Assembly: GCA_004764695.1 (NCBI GenBank)
Contig: SMSO01000033.1
Location: forward strand, 1,674,001 to 1,738,000
DNA from: Schizochytrium sp. TIO01
Lineage: Eukaryota > Protista > Bigyra: Labyrinthulomycetes
Direction: 5' to 3'
DNA length: 64,000 bases
Of the stretch, positions 21,901 through 32,622 are shown one piece after another; the first letter of the stretch is position 1, and every line of letters begins with the position of its first letter. The notes beneath the pieces are model-generated. The model worked only from the letters and a program-made list of their open reading frames with translations, had not been told where the DNA came from and did not search any database. Made by a program: the position numbers and the translations under genes.

Positions 21901-24557
21901 AGATAAACTTTAAAAGCGTCACATAAGTAGGCACTAACTACCCAACGACGAACCAAGCGTGAGTGTCGAGTGTCGAGTGTTAATATTGGCTGGGCTTGGT
22001 GTTAGAACCAATCAAACATTGTCTCTGAGAAGACACAAGCAGGCAACTGCCGAGCGGGCACCTAGGTATCTACTGTCAGCTCCTCTGCCGATCCCCAAAT
22101 CCAGCGTCCACACAAAGTTGAACTTGAAGAAGAACCTGAAGCTCGAGAGCAAAAGTGCACACCCTTCGACGACTTATTTCTCCTCTCTAAAATCATCTGT
22201 TTTCAAGCTATTTTTATTGGTAGGTAGGTACCTACAAATCAAACTTTCTTCTTCCATTATGAATGAACAAAGTCTTTTCATCGCATGCTGATATAAATCT
22301 TATCTGTTGGACTTGTCGCTTTCCCATATAATTAGCATATGACTCCCGTTGATGGATAAGGATCATTTGACAATCTCTGCAACTCAGGCTTATTTGCTGA
22401 TGCCAGAACCTCTGAGTCCTAAATATTTTAATTTTATTTTTAACTAAAAAGAGAAACTAAAAACTTTATGATTTAATTCCATCAAGTATCTTCCTATTCT
22501 TCTTCTCCAGGGCACCCACTTTTACTCTACCTAGTACCTACCTACCTAACCTACCTACTGCCGATCAGAAAAAATTAAAAAATAGAAAGAGTAGAAAAGA
22601 AAAGAAAACTGTAAGAAAGTTATGAAAGGAGCGGAGCCTTAGCAATTCATTCTTCAGAACTCCTCACAATTCTATCCTCATTCCTCATCACTTATTTCCC
22701 CTCTCGAACCTCCTTTTGGAGCTCATCGACTGCTTATCACATACCCAGAGGGCACCGGTGTCTAATCATTACAAAATTAGAAAAAAAAAATTAAAATTAA
22801 AAATGTGCCAATTGATATGGGTACCTCTAATAAAGTGGCGGGAAGACCGGCGAGGCGGGCCTCTTTGAGGAAGGCAGCAGATAAAGTGAAGGCGACCGAT
22901 GAATCGACTGCTCGATTGGGCTTGGTCGCGACGAGCGAGTGAAGGCTTTCGTTCCAATGCTCGCATGGACCCATGCTGTGGCAGCTAAGAGGAGCTAGCA
23001 GGCAGCAAGCTAGTTTCTTTGTCTTCAAGGTGAGCCGCTGTTGCCAATGACGGCCCGAAAACTCCTGAGTTTAAAGGAAAACGAAGAGGAGTTTGGTCCT
23101 GGAAGGAGAAAATCCGCAGAACATAAAAGGCCGCTAAACTAGTAAAGGCACTGAAGAACCACTAGAACGAGAAACTCGGACGCCCAGCATTCGAACTAAA
23201 TGCAGTGCTAGCAGAATGTACCTATCTGGCCGGATTCGCATAAAACGAACGAAGCAAGCGTAGAACGACTGTTGTTCGACCTAGATTGGTTACCTGAAGA
23301 AACCAAGCTCATCTTGAGGAGAAAGATCCAAAGAAAAGGTTGCTTCGAAGGAGAGAAAACACCATATTCATCTTCCTCGGAAATCCCTCCCTTGGTACCT
23401 ACTCCCTCCGAAGGGAATGAATGAAATAAATACAGACTAGACCAGACCAAAACAAAACAATTTGGAGCAAAGAATTTTCATCAACCACGAGGTAGAAAGC
23501 AACCTAAAGAAGAGCGAGCTCTTTCCTTTCTGCTTCTTCCTTTTTCCTTCTTTTATTGTAGCGCCTTCTTTCCTTTTTCATTCTCTCATCATCGCGTGCC
23601 CTTGTTATTTCCTATTTAGCGCAGCACGTGCAGGAGGCACTCGGTAGTATGTAGCATTATCTAATGATAGCTAGGGGTAATAAGCAGCGGCACACAGTGG
23701 ATAGTAGTAATTTATTTATGGAAAACAGTAGTCATAGGGAAAGAAGAAAAGAAAGAAAAAGAAAGACAGAAGTGAGTGAGTGAGAGTGAGTGGGTAAAAT
23801 GAAGTGAGGATTAAAACTAAACAGCAATCTCTCGCTCCCCCGCTCGCTCGCTCACGGGCCAGGCGTCAGTCACCGTTTGCGCTCGGATTTGAGTTGGCAG
23901 AGAAGGCCTAGAAGCTCTGGGCCTGAGGAAGGCCAGACAGAGGGCTTTCCTTGCAAGGCTTAGTCTGTCAGGTTGGCTTGGGCTGGTGCTCGCTGGATCG
24001 TTCGCTTGCTTTGGTGAAGCTAGCACGTGAGTTACATACAGAAAGGCTTTATTATCACTTGCTATTTCCTTTCTTTCCTTCCTTCCTTCGCTCTCCCGCC
24101 CCTTCCCTCGCTCGCTCGCTCGCCTGGCAGTCAGCCTGCATTGGCTAGCGCGTGGCAGCTTTCAGGGTGGCAATTCTGCTCCGGTTGAAGCGGTTATCCG
24201 CCTGAAGTTCTAAAGGCATTGTTCTTACATTGAGTGTTTTGGGCGACGAAGAACCGAGTCTTGCAACGACAGCGACTTTAATAGCCTCCCGAAAGCGAAG
24301 AATAACACTACAACTCGCAGATTTTTCAACATCCAGTCAACAGCGAGGAAGCGAACCAGTATCCTGTTGCCGCGGATAATACGGTTGGGTGGTGATTATT
24401 CTCATTAATTATTGTTTTAAGTAAAGCATCCACCAACGAAAGCGAAACCCGAGTAGAGATATTGGGTTGTGACACAGCAGACAACGAACTTGCTTGGTGA
24501 GGTCCAAGGGATCAGCAGACGCTCAGAGTTTCGTGGGGTTGCAAAAGACCGGCAAAG

Positions 24558-27407
24558 ATGTCGGACTCTGGCACCATGGAAAATGAGCTCGAGCTCCTTG
24601 AGATGTGCATGAACGTGTACGAAGAATGTGGAGGTGGTGTGGGCACAGAGTACGAGGAACAGATGGAGGGACTTGTGACACCGTACCGAAAGTTTGTCAG
24701 GACTGAAGTCATTGGAATCAAGAAGGCGCCCTTTTCAAGCGCAAACGAAGAGGTAGCCCGTGCTTACTTTTTTATGGACATTGTCATTATTGCGGTGGCC
24801 AAAGGCAGTGGTACGCCCGACTCTATTGGTTCAATGCTTGAGACTGAGGATGCCGGCAAGCATAACACACTCAAACGCTATAAGAACAAATACGAGGTGA
24901 TTCGATGGCTCGACCTGCACCGCTGCACAATCAGAAATGCACATGACGAACACGCCCTTCAGGTTACTTTCGTAACACGCGAGCGCGAAATCAAAAAATC
25001 AGGAACAATCCGTGTTCTCACTCGCGTAGAAAAGCTCGAACTGTGGTTCGAATCACCAGAACTTGCCCAGGAGATTTACGCAGATATTGTCATTTGGATT
25101 GATGATTTAATCGAAGTGGACTTACGCCGTGCCTCCATGTCTTCGACGTCTGACATTGGCTCTGTCATCTCAGGTATTAGTGGGCGAGACTCGATGGCAA
25201 GTGGTAAAACTGGGGAAACAAGTGAAGATGGCAAGAAACGCAGCTGGGCAAGCCGGAAACAGACGATGCGTCGTAATGGCACCTTCAAAACCCATGGCAC
25301 TGGTGCGCTTAGTCGCAAGGGTTCTGCTATGTCTGAGACAATGGATGGCAGTGACTCAATCGGTGGACTTTCTCTCTCAGATCTCGAATCTCGTTACAAA
25401 ATCAAGCTCGACACCCCATCCACTCCGGATGGCAGTGTTGAGTATGTTGTGGAGTTTGGCGAAGGTATGATGGGCTTCCGCTTGAGTTCTGGACCTTCCG
25501 TTGGTGTCATCGTTGGTAAGGTTGCTGAAGGATCTTTCTGCGATGATGCCGGTGTCTGCATTGGCGATCGTGTTGTGGAGATTGACGAGACACCTGTAGA
25601 AATCGACACTCCTTGGCAAGACGCAGTTGAGCTCATTAAGCAGCACCCAAGGCCCATACGTATCAAGTTTGAGCGATTCGCTGGCCGTGCAGTTATTGAC
25701 CATGGCTCGCACGGTTCTCAGGAGAAGCGCCGTTCGCTTCTCTCTGTAACGAAAACTGGAGCAAGCCATCACAAGAGCGAAAAGCGCCGTGCTTGGGCTG
25801 CCAAGCGTGCTCAGCGCGTGCACGCTGCCGACGAGGCTAGCCAGGATGAACGACTTATCTCTCTCAAAGAGGTAGAGAAACTTTACCGGGCCGGCAAGAC
25901 CTCCGAGGTACAAGAGAACCACAGCAAGATCTCCGATCTTTTTGAAAAGATGAAGACTGTTGACGCTGACGAGCCATACCAACAGTCGATTCGAGTTCTG
26001 GAGGAGATTTGGTCCACCGAGCGAACCTACGTGCAAGACTTGCGGCTCCTTGTTCGCGAGTTTATCATGCCCCTTCGCCGCAAGACTAAGCGTCTCAAAT
26101 GCCGCGAGCAACAGGGCTCCCGCATCTGTGAGCACAACATGCTTCGTTCACAGTGCTCGCGCACCTCAGCCACTGCCGAGGCTTTGATTAGTAGTGAAGA
26201 TATGCGCGTCATTTTCCTCAATGTCGAGACTTTGGTCAAAATCAACTCTGAGCTTCTTACTTACATGGAGCGTGAGCTCTTGAAGCTTGCTGATGATGAT
26301 AGCCACGTTGCAACCGTGACTGACGTCACAGCTGTGTACAGTCCTGCTTTCCAGAGAATTATGCCTTTTGTCAAGCTTTACTCTCTGTACTGCCATATGT
26401 ACCCTTCCGCCATTGATCATCTTCTGATGCTCCGTAATGAGAACCAAGACGTTGACGAGGCACTAAAGGAACGCGAGAAGCGTGCCAACACGTCTTTAAA
26501 CTCATTACTCATTACACCAGTGCAGCGCCTTTGCCGATACCCGTTGCTATTTAACGAGCTTTTGCGCCATGTTCGTCTGCTAGGCGATAGGCCTGGTCTG
26601 CAAGACCATGTCGAAGAACTCGAGCGTACTGCAAAGATTGTTGCCGAAGTTGCAGACAAGGTGAACACTATTGTAGGTGAACAAGAAGATCATGAGACTC
26701 TGATGGATGTTTACAACGAGCTGGGTGGCGCTGGTGTTGTGGATTGGCTCATTGCTCCCTCGCGTAAATTCATCACAAAGGTCAATGTCCTTATGCATGA
26801 AGCACCGTTCAATGGAGACCCCAAAGTTCATATTATGTACCTCTGCTCAGATATGATCATCTTTGGAAAACCTGCCCATACACTCAAGTTTGGTTCGCTT
26901 AAGAAAACCGGAGGTAAAAACGGCACTTCTCGTGCTATGTCCCTTCGCCGCACTTTCGGCAGCATCCACCGTACTGGACATGGGCATGGTTCTCTTTCCA
27001 AGGGCACAAGCTCTCTTCACCGGTCCAACGGTCGAACTGGACAGGCACTTGTGAAGCTGGTCAAGACTCTCGAACTCAAGTCAGTAACCCCACATTTGTT
27101 GACGGATATGTTTGATGACTGCTCCGGTATCGAGTTGAAGTACGTTGAACGCATTATTGATAGCGGCGGTAAGGGCCGTTCTGCAAAGCAGAAGACAAAC
27201 ATCAACAAGATCCGAATTTGGCTGCCCACAGCCGATGAGCAGCAATCAACTTTCGAAGATATCGAACATGCCGTGCAAAAACTCAAGACTGTCAAGGAGG
27301 AGCAGCAGCTGGCTCATAGCCGACACGGCAAGATGAGAACTGCTCGCTCTTGGAAGACACGCTCAAAGTTTTCGACCATGGGTTCAATCAACTCCTCCGC
27401 TTCTTAA
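24558..27407 (+). CDS. Rho guanine nucleotide exchange factor, PH-like / PDZ / DH / PH architecture
   Basis: 949 aa. PDZ: VEFGEGMMGFRL...GVCIGDRVVEID...AVELIKQHPRPIRIKF. DH: EEIWSTERTYVQDL, IFLNVETLVKINSELL, LNSLLITPVQRLCRYPLLFNELL. PH domain follows (MYLCSDMIIF). In-frame stop upstream of the ATG. Confidence 0.92.
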   Translation: MSDSGTMENELELLEMCMNVYEECGGGVGTEYEEQMEGLVTPYRKFVRTEVIGIKKAPFSSANEEVARAYFFMDIVIIAVAKGSGTPDSIGSMLETEDAGKHNTLKRYKNKYEVIRWLDLHRCTIRNAHDEHALQVTFVTREREIKKSGTIRVLTRVEKLELWFESPELAQEIYADIVIWIDDLIEVDLRRASMSSTSDIGSVISGISGRDSMASGKTGETSEDGKKRSWASRKQTMRRNGTFKTHGTGALSRKGSAMSETMDGSDSIGGLSLSDLESRYKIKLDTPSTPDGSVEYVVEFGEGMMGFRLSSGPSVGVIVGKVAEGSFCDDAGVCIGDRVVEIDETPVEIDTPWQDAVELIKQHPRPIRIKFERFAGRAVIDHGSHGSQEKRRSLLSVTKTGASHHKSEKRRAWAAKRAQRVHAADEASQDERLISLKEVEKLYRAGKTSEVQENHSKISDLFEKMKTVDADEPYQQSIRVLEEIWSTERTYVQDLRLLVREFIMPLRRKTKRLKCREQQGSRICEHNMLRSQCSRTSATAEALISSEDMRVIFLNVETLVKINSELLTYMERELLKLADDDSHVATVTDVTAVYSPAFQRIMPFVKLYSLYCHMYPSAIDHLLMLRNENQDVDEALKEREKRANTSLNSLLITPVQRLCRYPLLFNELLRHVRLLGDRPGLQDHVEELERTAKIVAEVADKVNTIVGEQEDHETLMDVYNELGGAGVVDWLIAPSRKFITKVNVLMHEAPFNGDPKVHIMYLCSDMIIFGKPAHTLKFGSLKKTGGKNGTSRAMSLRRTFGSIHRTGHGHGSLSKGTSSLHRSNGRTGQALVKLVKTLELKSVTPHLLTDMFDDCSGIELKYVERIIDSGGKGRSAKQKTNINKIRIWLPTADEQQSTFEDIEHAVQKLKTVKEEQQLAHSRHGKMRTARSWKTRSKFSTMGSINSSAS

Positions 27408-27970
27408 GCGTAGATTCACAAACTCTCTTCTGAACCTTTCCCGCAAACATTCAAATTTGCAATGGAGCAGACAGATTTCTCTCTTCTTTTCTTTTTTCCA
27501 TTCTTTTTTTTGCTTACAGTCTTCTTCCTCTGTTGAGCAATTTCTCGATCCCTTCGCTTTTCCTTTTTACATTTATTTCTCTTCTCGTCCCCTGTTTATT
27601 CCTCCACGACATATATGCGGGCCTCCCCACTTTTTATTTTACTTTCTCACATTCCTTATGTGTTTGCATTTTGCATATGCTGTGCATAAATAATTGAAGT
27701 CGTACGCCGCTTCTGACTCATCACGCACGCCACATTTTTTCAATATAGCCATTCATGGGAGGCATCATCGCCTGCATCTTATTCTGTCGTTTTTTTGATT
27801 CATACATAATTGTCTTTCATTGTTTCTTTACCATCCCGTATTGATTTATGCTCAGCTCACCAGTTGACCCCACCCATTGACGATTCCACAAGTCACGTAT
27901 GAAGATGTACACATGCTTCACTGACAGTACCACTGCCTCTACGTAACCTACCCACTAGGGGTTTTTCTTT

Positions 27971-28002
27971 AATAATAATAATAATAATAATAATGATGAT
28001 GA
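27971..28002. repeat. (AAT)n/(GAT)n microsatellite
   Basis: aataataataataataataataatgatgatga. Confidence 0.9.
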
Positions 28003-28332
28003 CAGAATGAAATAACAATAAGAAAAAAGGATAAAGCTCACCTAACAAAAGTAAAGAACAAAAGTTCCGTTTTGTGTGTACTTTAACCTTATCATCCGTG
28101 ATAAAATCACTGATAATTGTGGCGCATAGACGTCACTACATGCCACTCGCAAGCTCGCAGCATTACAGAAGATCTGCTTAGAACATACAAAAACTAACTG
28201 GCTGCCACGAGGTAGTGGCACATACACGCGGGCGGAGCAACAACAAGGAGACTCGCACAAACAAAGTGCACGAACGGACGGAGGCAGCTCTTGCTGCTCG
28301 TGTCTGACGACCGCTAGGAAGCCTTCAGCACC

Positions 28333-29442
28333 ATGTCTTTCGTTGATGAGTACGCTGCGCATCTATCAGCTCTGGCGAAGCAGGTGGCTGAAGAAGGTAA
28401 AGTGGATGAAGATGTGCGGCCAAGCTATTTGATTCCCAGTGTGCCAGCAGGTATCGCATCCACAATTTTAGGTGGACATGCCATGTATGAGCAGGACATT
28501 ATTCGCGAAGCCTATTCGAGTGCCAATTACACTAGCATTAGGGAGCTGCCTGATAGATTTCGGGCAGGTGAAGTTGCTTTATCACGAGAGCTTCGCGCCT
28601 TGGAAGTGCATAAGCCTGAAGATACAGCCAAAGAAAAACTCGTAAGATCAAGACGTGCGTCAGAGCGCACCAGTGGGCTGTTTCGCACATTTGAGTACGT
28701 CCCTTCACCCTATGCTCGAGAAAAGGAAATGCAGGCGCGAGACCGCCTTTTGGCGAAGGCCAAGCAGCTTGAAATCGGCCGAGGAAAGGAGTTTGTATCT
28801 GGCAGTGATACATACAAAACAAAGTACGAAGATTGTTTTGACCCTCACAGCTACCGTTACCCATACCAGAGCAATGATATTGATTCCCTCAAGAATGCAG
28901 AAGCGCGGGAGCGAATCGTACACGAGAGTAAAATTTTATATGGGCCATTTCATCCATCTGGCAAGAGTGCACGGGAATGTTTTGACAAGGCTACACGTGC
29001 ACGACTACCTGAAATGGTTGCTGTTCTGCAGCGGATTCTTAACGAAGATTGGTCAGATTGCAGTTTTCAGGTAACCACTACAGCAGATGACCATGTGGCA
29101 GTGTGCTTTGATATTATGTCTCTAGATGGGCAGTTGAGTGGACTCCGGGCTTTCATGAACACGCTTGAAGCGAGTCACCCCGACATTCGACGATTCGATC
29201 TGCGCAAGTCTGGTAAAGAGTGGAACAAGGTCCCTGGAGATGGGAATGTATACTTTTTATTCCGCCCTCCTTGGGTTAAGTTTTCATCATGGGGACGAAC
29301 TGTAGGAAAGGCAGATGATTTAAGCAGACCCTTAAACGCGCTCACAATAAATGCGGATGTTGATCCAGCGTTGGTTGAAAGTGATTTTTCTCCGGACACA
29401 GCAAAGCCTACAGTTGGTTCTCTTGCGTCCTTTATCTCATGA
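28333..29442 (+). CDS. Uncharacterised 369-aa protein
   Basis: Single-exon ORF with a good start context (gcaccATG) and globular-looking blocks GLFRTFEYVPSPY, YGPFHPSG, LNEDWSDC and YFLFRPPW. No family assigned. Confidence 0.85.
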   Translation: MSFVDEYAAHLSALAKQVAEEGKVDEDVRPSYLIPSVPAGIASTILGGHAMYEQDIIREAYSSANYTSIRELPDRFRAGEVALSRELRALEVHKPEDTAKEKLVRSRRASERTSGLFRTFEYVPSPYAREKEMQARDRLLAKAKQLEIGRGKEFVSGSDTYKTKYEDCFDPHSYRYPYQSNDIDSLKNAEARERIVHESKILYGPFHPSGKSARECFDKATRARLPEMVAVLQRILNEDWSDCSFQVTTTADDHVAVCFDIMSLDGQLSGLRAFMNTLEASHPDIRRFDLRKSGKEWNKVPGDGNVYFLFRPPWVKFSSWGRTVGKADDLSRPLNALTINADVDPALVESDFSPDTAKPTVGSLASFIS

Positions 29443-31147
29443 GATAATATTGTTGAGAGTTTATTATATGCGTACGTGTCTCTTCTTATTCAACCTATGG
29501 ACTCTGTCTTCATAATTCTTCTGTATTTCTTTAAAATGTTATTATAATTCTTTTTAGAAAACTGTCTTGTGTTTTACTGCTTCAACTATTTATGAAGACA
29601 ATTAACAGGGCAGATGTCCACAAAGTCTCTACATGTGAATTTGGACGAAGAAGGTTTCCGCCTTACAGCAAAGGTGGTACTGATGCTGTAACAGGCACAT
29701 TCCTTAGTGATTTTCTACGCACCAAGTATGGAGCTTTTTTCACCGTTGCGAATTTCTCATTCATTGAAAACTATTGTAGTGGGTCTTTTCCATGAAAAGG
29801 TACATTGATCAGATAAGGAATATATTGGACTCACGTCCGGTAAAGCTTTGATACTTCTTATTCAATTGCATGCAGAATAGTCGATAAGTAATATGCAACA
29901 ATCATCTCGTGTGACTGCGTAATAGTTATGATTTTCCTGCAATCTTCCAATACGAAGGAGAGCCCCAATGTGGCAGTGATTGAGAGGTTATCACTTTCAA
30001 TTACTCATGACTCTGACTCAAAGCAGTCTCGAAAACAATATGACATAATTGAAGTATACAACAGTCTTAATTCTTCAAAAGTTATGCTCTCATTTCTTTT
30101 GGAAAGGTAACCTGGATCTCCTATTTATATAATCGTGAACTTGAACAGATAGTGACCTATGGGTGTTAGTCAGAACTCATCCGATTCCTGAGGCACATTC
30201 TCAGTTTTCGCTACCTCGTATACTACCTGAAAGCTACTAGGACAAATAACTTTTGTAAACCCCCATATCTATAACCCTCCATAACCGTCAACAGCCTGTT
30301 CTATCTTGTTTCTCCCGTTTATAGGGTTAGGGTAGCGCATAGCACCGTAGCTATTATAATCTATACTGTTCGTGATGCTGTTCTTTATACGGAGTGGCCC
30401 TTTGCTTCTTGCCACGGTGTTCCTACTCGCACAGCTCTAAAGAACAGAACGTCTATCTCTATATAGCTAATGCTTAAGCTTGCAGCAGGTGGATGGATGG
30501 CCGTCGGCTCGTGTTCTTTTCGCCTCTCACTTCTGCCATTTGTTCTCTCATCCGTTCTCTTGTGGCGCGCCATTGAAAGAAATGTGACCTTCCACGTGAA
30601 AATGAGCTCTGAAGCGAGTAGACTTGGCGAGAGCTAGCCAAATCTTCGTCGGCATCCCACCTTGGCCTCCTGGCCTGTCTCTGCCCAGCGTGGTCTTCAT
30701 TCTCGCCAGCTCGGTGGTCCTGATGCCACATTATCGTGGTTGATTCGATAATTCATGCGAAGGCCTATTTCTTTCTTCTTATAAGTCTCCTTTCTCTATC
30801 TATGGAGGAGCGCTGTTTTTTATCTTTCGTTCTGCTTAGTTTAGTTTAGCTTAGTTTATCAATGGCTAATTCGCCTATTTGTTTGTGTTTGCTTTTATCT
30901 TCAATTTGTTTCTTTGTCTCTTTGTTTCTTTGTTTGTTTAAAAGTATTTTATTTGATAGTAAGTTAGTTGACCATAGTGTGATGTATTGGTGGTGGAAGC
31001 GAGAGGGGTGCTATATGTGGTTAGGTGACTACTAGAGGGCGCTCGATGGTCGAGGCGGCTTAAGAAATGGAGAGAAAGAAGAGCTAACAAAGGCAGCAGA
31101 ACAGTTGCTGATTCTTGAGTCTCGGAGCTCTCTACATCACGTCCAAG

Positions 31148-31834
31148 ATGTCTCTCCTCACCAACAAGAAGCGCAAGTTCGTTGCCGATGGTGTTTTCTA
31201 CGCCGAGCTCAACGAGCTTCTCCGCCGTGAGCTCGCCGAGGCTGGCTTCGCTGGTCTTGAGGTCCGCGTGACCCCCATGCGCACTGAGATCATCATCCGT
31301 GCCACCCGCACCCTCGAGGTGCTCGGTGAGAAGGGCCAGCGCATCCGCGAGCTCACCTCTGTTGTGCAGAAGCGCTTCAAGTTCGCTGATGGCTCCGTCG
31401 AGCTCTACGCCGAGAAGATCCAGCAGCGTGGTCTCTCTGCCCAGACCCAGGCTGAGTCTCTCAAGTTCAAGCTCCTCGAGGGTCTTGCCGTTCGCCGTGC
31501 TTGCTACTCCGTCCTCCGCTACGTTATGGAGAACGGCGCTAAGGGCTGCGAGGTCATCGTTTCCGGTAAGCTCAGAGCCCAGCGTGCCAAGAGCATGAAG
31601 TTCAAGGAGGGCTACATGATCAAGTCCGGCCAGCCCTCTGAGGAGTACGTTGACCGCGCTGTTCGCCACGTTCTCATGCGCCAGGGTGTTCTCGGTGTCA
31701 AGGTCGCTATCATGCTTCCCCACGACCCGGCAGGCAAGGTTGGCCCCAAGACCCCCCTCGCTGACCACGTCGAGGTTCTTGAGCCCAAGGAGTACTCCGT
31801 GCCGGCCCAGCCCCTCCCCACCCCCATGGCTTAA
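31148..31834 (+). CDS. RPS3: 40S ribosomal protein S3 (uS3)
   Basis: [55 protein letters not shown] and RQGVLGVKV. True ATG is at 31148 (the track starts at a TTG). Extreme C/G-ending codon bias. Confidence 0.99.
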   Translation: MSLLTNKKRKFVADGVFYAELNELLRRELAEAGFAGLEVRVTPMRTEIIIRATRTLEVLGEKGQRIRELTSVVQKRFKFADGSVELYAEKIQQRGLSAQTQAESLKFKLLEGLAVRRACYSVLRYVMENGAKGCEVIVSGKLRAQRAKSMKFKEGYMIKSGQPSEEYVDRAVRHVLMRQGVLGVKVAIMLPHDPAGKVGPKTPLADHVEVLEPKEYSVPAQPLPTPMA

Positions 31835-32622
31835 GTTTTTTAAGTAAGGACTACACATATTCACTTCTGCCTTGATATACAATACATTTGGATTAGTTCT
31901 TGCATCACAAAAGAGTGGTTCTGCTTGGTGACTTCCGTTTTGGACACTTGATGCTAATACTTGCTTGCAAGAGTGGGCCCTTTAGATGTTCATTTGGGAA
32001 TAGGCTCTTCTGGACTGGTTCTCCATGTTTAAATGCGTGGATCACTACATTTTCAAACAACGTATTGCGATATTTGTGCTTGCTTGTGAGAATGAATGCT
32101 TGAGATGAAAAAGAGGACTTCTTACATTCACTTGTCTGAATTAGCAAGACTTATTATGGTTTATTAGAGAAACTTTGTGGGACACTTGTGGGTGACATGT
32201 TGTGCAGGTTAGACATGCTAACTTTTATCATTAACGATATCTTGAAAGTTCCTCCGAACTTTGAATTGTGCGTGCGAATCGAGGTGCTTGTAATATTATC
32301 ATGAACCTGAATTAAGAGATCACCAAGATCCCTGCTGCTATTGCAAATAATTTTGTGACTTCACTTGTACTGCTTGAAGGACATCAGTGATAAGGAAGCC
32401 TAACTCAAATAGCGATCTGATAAACTAACCTTGCTTGATCTTCCGCCTAGACAACGTTCTCTGAGGGAAACGATGTTGCTAAGTCGTCTATCTCCTCTCT
32501 AGAAAAGAGATGCATCTTCATTTTAGTTGATTAGGTTTCATAAAATCTAGAAGCAGTTCCTAGGAATTTTAGCGGAAGATTGGATTTTATTTTAACATCC
32601 CAAGTTTGGCTTTTTGCTCAAA

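Noticed and set aside
30938-31882. 314-aa antisense ORF over RPS3 (also 25377-26135, 38771-39295 and 46448-46897 over other genes)
   Set aside because: Shadow ORFs caused by the strong codon bias of the sense genes; no protein motifs.
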